A stretch of DNA of 64,000 nt, from assembly GCA_043228905.1 (NCBI GenBank), contig JBHGNT010000002.1:17298001-17362000 (forward strand), written 5' to 3'. Position numbers and translations under genes: made by a program. This DNA is from Azolla caroliniana. Lineage: Eukaryota; Plantae; Polypodiophyta. The notes beneath the pieces were generated by a model that did not search any database, was not told where the DNA came from, and saw only the letters and a list, made by a program, of their open reading frames with translations. Of this stretch, positions 33,320-45,019 are shown in pieces; positions within the stretch are counted from its first letter, which is position 1, and each line of letters starts with the position of its first letter.

Positions 33320-35492
33320 TGTTGAGCAAGCAAGCTCAACCGGATTTGGATCGGTTGAATAAGACAGAGCCGAATCGGCATTCGAAAGGATGAGCCGGAT
33401 CGGTATCCGGAAACAACCAGCCGGATCGGGGAGACGGATCAGAGAGCTGGATTCGAGTGTGAATCGGAAGCCTAGTAGTAGCCTAGACTAGTAGGTAATC
33501 ATTGTCTCGTAGGTAGTGTCAATCTGGACAATGATTTGCGCAAAGATACTAGCCAATCTGAACAATGATTTGCACCCAGGAGAAGCCACCAACTTTCTTC
33601 GACTTGCAATCGATGCTAATGATCGAAGAAAACCATGCGAGTGGGTCGGCACGCAATGGAGGTGATGGACAAGAGCAGGACTAAAGGCACAGAGGTAGTG
33701 CTGACAACAATTCTGGACCCTCCACAAGTAGGGGGAGTCAAAGTGGCACCGGAAGTTGACACGAAATGCTGGTAATGTGGAAAAAAGGGCCATAGGGAAA
33801 GTGAATGATGGAAGAAGCACGCCGATTCGGACAAATCCGGGTCCGGCAAGGCTGGATGGGAAAACCGGCAAAGCTCACACTACGTAGAAGGATCGGAAGG
33901 ATCCAGAACCGAGAAGAGCGGTAAAGGGCCAACCTTTGTGATGAAGCACAAGGCTAACTTGATGAAGAAGACTACTTCCGAATCGGAGGAAGTATGGTAC
34001 GTTGATTCTGGAGCGTCCAACCACATGACGAGCCATGAAGAGTGGTTCTCGTTTTTGGAGAAACTGGAACAACCGGGAATCGTCGAAACCGGAGATGACA
34101 CCCCTCACCCGATTGTGCATGTTGGAGAAGTCCCTTTGAGCCATGTCAGACGGAAGGGGAAGCTGATGAACGTATTACACGTACCGAAAATTACAAAGAA
34201 CCTGGTGTTAGTCGGACAAATCATCGACCAAGGGATGTAGGTGCGGTTTACGCACCTCGGGTGCTTCATAGAGGAAGGATGGATAGTCGTGTAAGGGTGC
34301 AGAGTAGGGAGGATGTTCATCCTCAATAGCGATGACATCAGCACCGCCATGTTTGCCAAAGGACAGAAGATTGAATAGGACATCGACCTCTGGCATAAGC
34401 GGATCGGCCACGTCAACTACTAGAGGGTTCAGGACATGCAATAGAAACAAGTTATTTTCGGTTTGCCGAAATTTAGCGGCCGGAAGGCCAAAATTTGTGA
34501 AGCCTGCTAACTCAGGAAGCAAGATCATCTTCCATTCCCCACTGAATGAAACCGGAGCCGTAACAAGCTCAATCTAATACATTCGGATGTATGGGGACCG
34601 ACATAGAACGTTAGTGTTGGCGGCAGTCGATACTTTGTCTCCTTCATCGACAACTACAACCGACACACATGGATCTACCTCATCGAACGGAAGAGCGAAG
34701 TTTTTGAATGTTTCTGGAATTTGCAAAGCTTAGTTGAACGGGAAACGCAGAGCAAGGTCAAGTGCTTGTGGTCGGATGGGGGAAAAGAATACTTTTCCGG
34801 CCAATTCAACAGTTATTTGAAGCAAAACGTAATTTAGAGAGAATTCAACTATAGATACACACCGGAGCAAAACGCTGTGGCCAAAAGGAAGAACCAATTG
34901 ATTGTTGACGTGGCAAGGGAAATGTTGGAGGAGAAGAGCATGCCCCAATTCTACTGGGCTGAGGCAGTCTGGACGGCCGTTTACATCCAAAACTGGATCA
35001 GTGACAAGGTATCAGCACACGAGCTGTATTTCGGGCGCAAGCCGAATTTGAGATACCTTTGGATATTCGGCAACATAGGATATGTGCTTGTATCGGATGA
35101 GAAGCGGAGGAAGCTGGATCCAAAGTCGGAGAAGTGCATCCTAGTTGGCTACTCACATGAGCAAAAGGGGTATAAGTGCTATAACCCCCGGACTAAGCAG
35201 GTCCGAGTAAGCCTAGATGTTGAGTTTGATGAGAAGGCATCATGGTACTCCCTACTGACTCCAACTCCCGACGAAGACCCGATTCCGGAAGATGAGGCTA
35301 GTGAGCCCGAGAAGGTCCAAGAAGAAGATGAAGAACTCGGCACTCTAGAAGAGAGTCTGATCTCATTCCAGCTAAGTGGACCGAATGAGCGGCTGAGTTG
35401 GGATGACTAGTCGGATGAGGATCCGGCGAGTAGTGGAGACTTTGTCGTGCTCTCCCCTCGCAAGGAACTGAGAAGATCGTTCACGCACAAAG
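33320..35492 (+). mobile_element. Ty1/copia element H (related to D and I), degraded, deleted from mid-LTR to mid-gag, interrupted by LINE R
   Basis: Start tgttgagcaagcaagctcaac resembles the D LTR start. Protease WYVDSGASNHMTSHEEWF, integrase HSDVWGP and TPEQNA, SH3-like RRKLDPKSEKCILVGYS. Many stops. Confidence 0.85.
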
Positions 35493-38400
35493 AAAGAAAG
35501 AAAGAAAGAAAGATATATTAACGTCTTCTAAGGCCAAATTTGGCCCATGAGACAATTGGTTTACAACAAAAGAGTATTTATCCAGTCATCATAACTAAAA
35601 TAAAATTAAGTGAAAAATAGAACTTAAACTAAAAGAGTTCTAGTAGTGTACAATACGTAGTATATTCGAAAGTGACTATACAGTAAGCCTAATTTTATTT
35701 CCACCCAAGCCTCTCGAAAAGAAGTGGGGGGTCAAAGGGTCTTGATGTGGGTGTGACCCGTGGTTCCAATGTAGAGAGTGCCCTAGCCATGGCTTCTAGG
35801 CGGTGTAGCTCACGTTCCCTTATTTTCAATATTGCTTCCACATCACGTCAAGTTGCTTTGAAACCCGGCCCCCGAGGACGTCTGGTTCTTGTTATATGTT
35901 TTTAGGGTTAGGGTTAATGAGAATGATAATGATGATGATTGATGATGACGAAGATAGACATGGTGAAATAGCAAAGATGATGAAGAGAGAGATTGAGATG
36001 AAGATATTGAGAATCATTGAGAAGCATTGCGGGGTGGATGACATTGATGAGCATTGCGGGGTGGGGGGTGGTGCCTAGAATGGCTCCACCCCCCTCCCAA
36101 GGGGGTTTAACATTGAGGGGGAGAGAGAGAGAGAGAGAGAGAGAGATGAAAAGAGAGATAGAGAGAAATGTTCATTCATTCATTCATTCCCCATAAAGGG
36201 GTTAAATAATACAAGAGGGGGTAGATACAAAGGGGTGTAAGCCCCCTAGAGCATTCATATTGGACACTCACTCACACCTCATCGTATCCCTCCACATGCA
36301 CACACGTGTGCATGTGTTCACATACATATCGACTCACAATTACATTTATGTTCCCTACACATATACAACATCATCATGATAATATTCGACCCTCACTCAT
36401 CACACTTGACTCTCCGTACAGCTCGTACGGGGTAACACAATATGGCACGCCCGTGGGAAAGTGCCTTGCACGTTGATCCCACATGCCTTGATGATGATAT
36501 CTCTTCGACCGGAACTTCCATCGGTCCTTTCAACGATCGACTCCCTCGATCGGAGCGCTTGACTCAATCATCTCCATCGGTCAGCGACTTTTCCGCGACA
36601 CGAACATTCTCATTCTGTCGTCTTATGAACTTTGGTATCCTCTTTTGGGTTCTTAAAAATGTTGTGTGCATGTATGTTATTCTTTGTTGATTTTGTGAGT
36701 TGTCGTGGTCAATCACGTCCATTTCTTTAGGTGGATGAGATTTTAAAATTTCATAGGTGCCCTTTGATTTTTAAAATTTTCTTATATACCCTCAGGTTTT
36801 TACAATTATGTTTGATACCCTCATGTATCTAGAATTCCAATAGTGCCCTTAGGTTTGTTTTTCGAAATTTCTTGGATGTCCTCAGTTTCCAAAATCCGAG
36901 GATGCTCCGTATGATTATCTTTTTCCCTCCCTCTTTTCTGTTTCATCTTCCTCTCTCACACTCTTGCCTCTTTGCAAACCCTAATTTTTCTACTCAATCT
37001 TTCTCTTTTTATTTTTCTATTTCCTCTCTTTCTCTTCCTCTTTTTCTTTCGCTTGTTTTTCTCTTTCTTTTCTGTTTTTACATATCCCGTCAACCTCCTC
37101 TCAGGTCTCTGCCTGAGGTGGTGGTTGTTTCACCATTCCGGCCACTGGCCGGCTATTCTGATTGTGTCGGCTACTCCTGCCACTCCATCTCTGTCTCCGG
37201 CTCCATTGCCATCCACCCCATCGTTTCGGCAACTCTTGCTGTCTATTTAGGGTTTCAGGCCACCGTTGCTATCTGGCCGCCGCTGTGCATTCAGATCATC
37301 ATCTGGCCGTTCCTTTCCTTGGTCGCTGTTCAGCCGCTTCGGCCGCTGATTTTTGGCTATCGCCGCCCTTTGTCCGGCTATCACCACTTCATCTCACCGG
37401 CCATTCCCTCCGGCCATCGATTGCTGTCCGGCCATCTGCTGTCCACTCGTATCTCCAACCATTTTCATCTCCCATCTCTGTGTCTGTCTGGCCCGTCCGG
37501 TTATTCTTCCGCGATTGTCCGACCGTCGGTCCGACGATCTCCATCGTACGGCCCGTTCGTCCGTCCACCCGGTCTGGTCGACGGTCCGGTCGATGTCTGG
37601 CCGTCTCCATCTTAATCGTTGTCCGGCGTCGTCCATTTGTGTAGTCCGGCCGCCTTCGTTTCGATGTTGTTCGGCCACTCTGACCGATGTTCTGCCATTC
37701 CGGTCGCTCTTGCCGCTCTCTGGTCACTCCGGCCGCTCCGGCTTCTGTCTGGCCACTCTGCCCGCTCTTCGGCCACTGTCCAACCATCGTTGCTTTGGTT
37801 GTTGTTCGGCCAGTGCCACTATTGGGCTATTGTGAGGCCAACGCCGCTGTCTTTGTCAGGGGCATCCGGTTGCCGCCACTCCGTCCGTTGCTATTCGACC
37901 ACCGCTCCGGCCATTGGTTGTCTGGCCACCACAATCCGGTGATCGTCCCGGCTTCATCATCATTCCGGTCGTTCAGCCCATCCGGTCATGTTTGTCTCTG
38001 TCCGACCGGGCCGCTACTAGTCAGCCACCACTCTATCCATTGGTATGTGGCCACCGCCATCCGATCGTTGTCATTCTGGTCGTCGTTTGTCAGTTCTCTG
38101 TCCAGCCCGTCTAGCCATTCCAACCGCTGCTGTCGTCCTTGTCTTGCCGTCTTCGTTTTCCATGGCTGTGCATTTCGGCTATCGTCTCCATCTATTTGTT
38201 GTTGATTATTTTAGCAATGGTGACCCTAATGATTATGATTACAACGAAGAATAATCGCACATTCCTTCATATGCATCATCTTGGAGATCATGGTTTATGA
38301 ACAAACGATGCTTATTATGAGTGCCACCATGATATGAATCATGCTCACATGCGTTGTGGCGGTTAATGTAGGTGTTAGTATCAGCGTTAGTATAAGGGCT

Positions 38401-39936
38401 AGAGGCACGCACTTAGGGTTAGTACACAAAGAGTTTAGGCTAAACTCATAAGGCCCATGGGTGTAGAAGAAACTAGGGCTAGGGTATCTAGTGCAAGGAA
38501 TGGTAGAGGAGTTAGCGTTAGGAAAATAGGAATAGAAAATGGGGTTAGGGTTACAGGAGTAGTGATTATCCAAAGACCAAAAATGATGATAATGCTCAGA
38601 GACATCATCAATCTACCATTTTCATCATTTCTCGCACATTTCTTGTACATTGTCGGTTTGTATCGCCGTGTATCATTCTTCGACTCCGTTTCCAAAGGGG
38701 GGTTGCCTTAGTGGTCGCCAAAAACTGTGTTAACTCTTCGGCCGGACAATGGCCTAACACAGGGTGTCTACAGAAGACACTTCACCAAAGGGGTGTTACG
38801 GCAACCGGGTTAGACTTCAACGCTTAATCCGACTTAATTAAGTTACTTGTTATGATCGTCTTTCATAAACACACGCGTAAGATATAACAATTAAGACAGA
38901 ACGGCAATTAACACAGATAGATAATAACGCTAAGCTTTTATTAATTCACCGCTCACTATTACATTGTATCCGGGCCTTTAAATAGGTTTCCGGTCTGTAT
39001 TACAAAACGGTGCCATCCGCACCTGTTCGGGATCGGTCCGGATCCGGAACGGCATACCGATTCCGGTCCGTCCATCCACACTCATAGCTTAATTACAGCC
39101 ACATTCCTACTACTTAAATAACTCTCCGTTTCCCACTCTGGACTCCTTTGCCGGCCGGTAACAGTTCTTCTCTAGTTTTCTGCCTCATCAATGGAAAGGC
39201 CGAGTGGTGCAAGTGTGTTGACATTTGTTGTCTCCCCCTGTTCCTGAAAAACTTCATTTATTACATGTTCGTGATCATTAGCAACATTATTGTCAACATT
39301 TTGTAACTTATTCTCTCTGTGTTGTTTTAGCTCTAGAATGTATTTGCCTAATTTCTTTATATCTAGAGTATCTAATAGTTTGGGGAGGGTGGGAGACGAA
39401 CCAAGTATGTCTTGGTATTTTTCCCTTATCTCGGCATAGGTTGGACACTTGCATGTAAAGTGGTATTCATCCTCTATCTCTATGTGACATAACCTACATA
39501 TCCTTTCCTCCCTAGGGACTCCACTAGTACGGCCATTCTCAATCTCAAGTTGGTGAGATGATATTCTAAGTTGTCCAATGGCAACCCTTAGTGCATGTGG
39601 TAAGAATACATCTAGATATTTTGGCTGCGTGATAAAACCTAACTCAGAGAAGTGCATGAAGTGTTTCTTATAGTACAACATTTTAGATGGGAGTGGCTCT
39701 AGTGGGGTGATCCATTTACACCGAGTGTAAATTTGCCATATTTCTTGGTGTATTACTTTATTGCAGTCCTCATGAGAGATTAAAGTGTTATCACTCGTGT
39801 GGTTGTACCTAAGGGGAGGTAGGTTATTAATGTCTAGACCATTCGCAAGAAGCGAACTCACCATCATGCCATCCCATGAGCTAGTATAGCCGGACTCATA
39901 CAATGATCGAGAGGCCTTAAAGGCTTGATGAGATAT
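35490..39936 (-). mobile_element. Non-LTR retrotransposon R (RTEX-like) 3' portion: 35490-35889 plus 39164-39936, split by K and cut at 39937 by copia I
   Basis: C-terminal LRISSHQLEIENGR...REERICRLC...EDEYHF..KCP.Y..IR motif. The frame continues across K once one TSD copy is removed. The 3' UTR ends in (CTTT)n. Confidence 0.8.
35890..39163. mobile_element. Bipartite insert K: two non-homologous LTRs with PBSs facing each other, flanked by a single GTTCT TSD
   Basis: Left LTR 35890-36439 (TGTTA...TAACACA) with PBS tggcacgcccgtggga at 36443 on +. Right LTR 39163-38726 (TGTTA...TAACACA on -) with PBS tggcgaccact from 38720 on -. GTTCT at 35885-35889 and 39164-39168. Confidence 0.75.
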
Positions 39937-40387
39937 TGTAAAAAGTAACGCGCGGAAGCAAGTATGAAGACCAAACAGAAGGAAGAAAACTCAGGTTTAA
40001 TGGAGAGCTTGAGCTCACGCAGTATACGCGGGAGAGACAGAGAGAGTGAGAGAGGAAAAAAACAAGAACTATATTCAAAAAAGGTACTCAATCTCTATTC
40101 ACCACTCTCTATACATATGTGTGTTCAATGAACACTTTTATACAAGTCCTAGAAGGACTGACCGAAGTACTGACAATACTTCAATGCTCATTAAGAGCTC
40201 CTACACTAACTCCCAAATATATTCCTCACGGAATATCTTTCCTAACGGCCTCCTGGTTTATGCACCGATCTGGCCCTACCTACACACCGGTCTGCGTACC
40301 GGTTTACGCATTCGACCTAACCGATCGGTCCCAACCGATCCGGTCCTCGGCTTCTTCAGCCGATCCGGCCGATGTTGAGCTTGTCTC

Positions 40388-40891
40388 TCAACACTCCCCC
40401 TCAAGCTCAACTTGAGGCTCTTCGGGATCTTCGGGCTCACAGCTCCGATTCCTCCTGGCTTCACGCCTCGCTCGCGCTCCACGACCTGTTCGACTCCGCG
40501 CGCTTCGACCCTTCCAGTTGGCTTGTCTGCTCATGTGGCCCTTATTAGCTCTTCTGCTGTTGCGGTGTCGACGCTTCTCCTGCTGCCTTTTCTTCCGCTT
40601 GGGCCTCGGTTGATTCAGCGTATCTGAATCAAACATCCGAACCGACTCAGCTACCTCCGATCGGTTTTCGCTCTCGTCCGAGTTGGCTGTCTCCAACTTG
40701 TCTTCGGTCTTCTCGCCCTCGATGGCGTCATCTTCCCCATGCGTGGTTGGCTTCGGCTCTCTCCTTTGGCTGCTCCCCTTTTGTCCGCTTCCGGACTTTT
40801 CTGCGGGTCCGCCCTCGGCTTCTTCAGCCGATCCGAAGTCGAACTCGACAACAGAGTCAACCGACTCGGTGTCGCGGTCTCCACTCCTTTC
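40388..40891 (-). CDS. Open ~167-codon acidic-then-basic extension in frame with RNase H of copia I, separated from it by one TAG
   Basis: Manual translation ERSGDRDTESVDSVVEFDFGSAEEAEGG...PRPKRKKRQQEKRRHR...VELEGEC*. Same frame as ORF 40892-41155. Confidence 0.5.
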   Translation of the reverse strand, partial: ERSGDRDTESVDSVVEFDFGSAEEAEGGPAEKSGSGQKGSSQRREPKPTTHGEDDAIEGEKTEDKLETANSDESENRSEVAESVRMFDSDTLNQPRPKRKKRQQEKRRHRNSRRANKGHMSRQANWKGRSARSRTGRGARARREARRNRSCEPEDPEEPQVELEGEC

Positions 40892-41744
40892 CTACTTCCT
40901 TGCTTGGTCGTTCGGGACTGTTCTCCCCCTCAAGTTTGGCACGTCGAGGTGACACAATACGAGCGCACCTGAGAATTGCCGCAACTTATCCAGACCAAGA
41001 GGCTTGGTGAAGATGTCGGCAGTCTGCCAATCCGTCGGAACGTACTGAAGTTCGACTTCACTAGAAAGGACACGCTCACGGACGAAATGGTAGTGCACCT
41101 CAATGTGATTGGTCCGTTGTCGTGAAGATTTTCGGCAATAGTGTGAAAATCCCATAAAACGTACGAAATCGAGTATGAATCACATAATACAATAATTGTG
41201 AAGATAACATTTTAAATAAATTTAATATCTACGTACAAAATGATGGAGGTTTCGAATGCACTTTATTACAAGAGAAACAGACAACTAAATGTCAAGATAT
41301 GAGGGTATAAAGTTTGTGAAAGGAAAAGAGAAAATCATCATCTAGGCACGACAAATACGGCTCTCATCATATATAAGGTAGAGCAAAAGATATTATCTTT
41401 GTGTCTATGTGTGGAGCATAGAGAGTTCAAGGTAACTTGAACTAAGAGTGAAGGTGGGCTCGCTACTCGTAAAGGGTTTTGGCCAACCAAAACCGGACCG
41501 GTGATGGAGCCGGTGATCCGGCGGCAATCCGGCATCCGACGAGGCACCGGTAACCGACGACAATCCGGCATTCGGCGGGGCACCGGTATCCGGCGCCGGT
41601 GAGACGACGGCATCCGTCGAGGCACCGGTAACCGGCGGCGGCACTAGTATCCGGCGTCAACCGGCGACGGCATCCGACGAACCGGTGTCCGCGGACTAGA
41701 TAAATAAATATATAAATATATATACATATATACATATACAAGGA

Positions 41745-41815
41745 GGGCAAGTAAGGATTCGAACCTTGCACCTCCAAGTTAGGATTCAATTGGCTTACCA
41801 TTAAGCCATGCTATT
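41745..41815 (-). other. tRNA-derived (Lys-like) segment with Pol III A and B boxes in U3 of the G 5' LTR; second copy at 48888-48958
   Basis: tggcttaatggtaagcc...ggttcgaatcc with 43-nt A-to-B offset. The 3' LTR copy has a ctcttaa loop. A TA-rich microsatellite follows. Confidence 0.7.
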
Positions 41816-44771
41816 TAGTTAAAATTATATTTCTATCATCGTACTTTTACATGTAAATTCTCATACATGAGAGCTAAAATGAGTGACATGGTTATCATGC
41901 ACCACATGCAATACATAAGCACCAAATGGCAAACATGCAATTTATGCATGTCTTGTACCCTCATGTGCATCATATGCATGGGAGCATCTATAAAAGAAGG
42001 AAGGGGGAGGAGAAAAAACACGGTTTTTTTTTATGAAAATTAAGAGGAAGAAATTCGTTATCAAATTGATCGTGTAACTTGTTTCTTAAATCTAAAGTTA
42101 AAAGTTCAATCAATCTCTCTCAATCGTGTAATCTCAACTTCTCTCTTTCCCAATCTATCTTAAGTACTTTCTCGCTAAAGCTTGCGCCAAAGCTTGTACC
42201 GACTTTGAATCCTTCCGGTCCAGAACCCTGACGGTTCCGCCTCACGATCCGCGCGTAGTGACGGATCTTCACGACATAATTAAGTGGTGAACCCAACGTG
42301 AAAGAGGCGGTAGGAAGGATCAAGTCGAGATTAATACTTGGAGATGGCGTCCTCAAGCAAGCAAGCAGGAGAGCTCGAAAGGATGATGCTAATCGTCGAG
42401 CAAATGATGAGATCTCGGGACAACGACGCGAGCGTGGAGAAGGCTGTCGATCGTGATGTAGAGCTCGAGGGCCAATTCGATGGAAGGAACGTTACGAAGT
42501 TCCTTGATGCATATAGAAGGGAGATGAATCAGAGGGACGTGTCCGAGGCACGTCAAATCGCAAGCTTCAAGAGAGTTGTCGCCAACAACATCCAAAGACG
42601 CGTCATCGAGCTTCAAGAAGGTAAGACAACATGGTCCGAGTTCGAGAAAACGATACTAGCGGAGTTCGTGACTGAAGACTCAACGAGGATGACTCGACAT
42701 GCCCTGATGAAGTGGATAGAGAAGAAGAATAAGAAGATGAGCGTCTCGAGGGTGTACGACGAATTCGACCAGATCTTTAGTCGTCTCCCCAATACGGACC
42801 AAGTGTTGCTTGAAGAGGATAAGACTTTGTACTTCTTGAAGGCCGTGGACATAAAGGATAGACGGGAGTTGGGGACTCTTCTCGAAGATGATACCCAAGC
42901 AAATGGGCTCGTAGCGGACTGGATCGCGGTGAAGCGGCCATGCAATAGGCTCAACAAGCATCGCCAATGGGTTGATGACACCAACTTGACGGGACCGACT
43001 ACCACGGAGAAAGCAAGACCGCCGAAAGTAGCTGAGCCGCTGAGACAAAGTAACGTGGAAGAAAAGAAGATTGATGACGACATCATTGAAGAGCTAGCGA
43101 AGAAGTTCGAGAAGGTCACGCTAGCCAACATGAATCGTCGGGGCCCTAAAGGAAAAGAACCCTTTAGATGCATGTGGTGCGATAGCATGGACCACATGAG
43201 AAGGGATTGTGCGAGCCTTCGAGAGGCGATTCGACAAAATATCGTATACATAGAGGACAACATGATCTGCTCAAGCGAGACTAGAAGACCCCTGCGGGTG
43301 AATTTCGGAAGAGGAGGAATGAAGAAATCTATGGAGGATGCCGATGCGACTCATGTGGATGCGATGCACTATGCTGCGTCGGCCGGAATAAGAGTCGGGA
43401 AAGACAAGACTGAAGCTACTAGAGCGGGAGCAAAGTTTTGGACTTCCGTTCTCGAATATGAGAAGAAGGGAAAAGTCACATCGAACGAGGTAGAGCTTGC
43501 GGACCGAAGCGTGCAAAGCATAACCGGGTGGTCGGATCCGGTGGACGACAACACCATACTCGCAGAGGTGATGTGCGACAACCACGAGGTGTTCGTCAAA
43601 GAAAAGAGAAAGAGAATAGAAGAGCAAGGCCCATCAAAAAGACATGAAACAAGGAATGCGAAAAAGAAGGACAATGCGGAGACGAGTCGACCTTTACAAA
43701 CGGAGGAACGAAAATCAAGCCGAAAGGGGAGCCGGGCATATGAGTTGAAGAAACGGTTCGACCCGTGAAGGTTGGTGTCGAAGACCCCGCTCGGAGGACA
43801 AGGACTATACCTACCTATAAGCTAAGGTCGGACATAGAGCAGACGACGGACCTAAAGAAGATTCTCGAAGAACGAGTTCTTGATAGCCACGTAACTTTGT
43901 CCTTGAGGGAATTGCTTGGCATTACGAAGAAGGAGTTCCATGACACGATCGTGGACCTTGTAAAGAGAAAGAGACAACAATCGGACGAGGAAGAAGAGAA
44001 GCCGCAAAAAGCAAAAACGAATGCCATAACGATGGCAAGAGACGAAATCGATGAAGATATGGTGGACAACCACTACACTCGACCTCATTGGGCACGAGCG
44101 ACAACGGAGACGCCGGTGAAGATCGGGAAGAAGAAAGAGACCGTGGTAGCCTTGATCGACCACGGCTCGGAAATCAACCTCATGTCAACCGACTTCTACA
44201 AAAAAGGAAGATGGCCAATCAATACAAACCACGGATGGAAGATTGGCGCGGCAACAAAGTCTACGGAGGATTTGTACGGAGCTTGTCCCAATGTCAAAGT
44301 CACGATCAGGGATGTGGAGATGGATCAACACTTCTTCGTACAAGAACCGGCGTCGCATCCTGTCATCCTAGGGCAACCTTATATCACATCATCTCGGATG
44401 GAGACCAAAGTGTTCGATAATGGAGTAGCCTTCGCACGAATAAAGAGTCTTGACAACCAAAGATCGGTCCAATTCCTAACGGTGCGAGCCAATCATGAAA
44501 GGAATCGAGATAGTCTCGGAGGCGAATCCTCGGATTTTTAGAGCGGACTATTGAAGCATGGGGCACAAATAGTCCGAGCAATCACAAGACCCCACAAGAA
44601 AGAAGAGTGCGTGGATTGCAAGGAGAAGCAACATGTGTCACACCTAGTGGCGCATGTAAACTAGTACTACCCGACAAGAAGCACAAGCGCCGGATATAAG
44701 AATTCGAGAAGATGCTGAAAGAAGAGAACATAATAGAAGAAGGAGAGTTCGTGACTCATATTATGGAAGAA

Positions 44772-45019
44772 GCCTCATTTAACGACACCATCGGCGAAAT
44801 CGAGGACGTCGTGGACTTGAGCTATCTTCACAACCAACGCGTGATTTCGGTTAACTCCGTCAACATGTACGCTATCATCGATGAATACCGTTGTGGCCTC
44901 ATTTAACGACACCATCGGCGAAATCGAGGACGTCGTGGACTTGAGCTATCTTCACAACCAACGCGTGATTTCGGTTAACTCCGTCAACATGTACGCTATC
45001 ATCGATGAATACCGTCGTG
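44772..45019 (+). repeat. 124-bp tandem duplication that frameshifts the 5' part of pol in G
   Basis: gcctcatttaacgacacc... at 44772 and 44896, nearly identical. Confidence 0.92.

Noticed and set aside
36872-38254. Overlapping 100-250-aa ORFs in the left half of K
   Set aside because: Low-complexity pyrimidine/ccgg-rich DNA with few stops in several frames and no domain; looks like a long retroelement leader.
35901-38560. Telomere-like ttaggg motifs (~35901-35915, 38414-38552)
   Set aside because: Only 1-2 units each, scattered; too short to imply telomerase healing.
41745-41815. Functional tRNA gene (also 29886-29955)
   Set aside because: Acceptor and anticodon stems pair poorly and the anticodon differs between the two G LTRs, so it is reported as tRNA-derived only.
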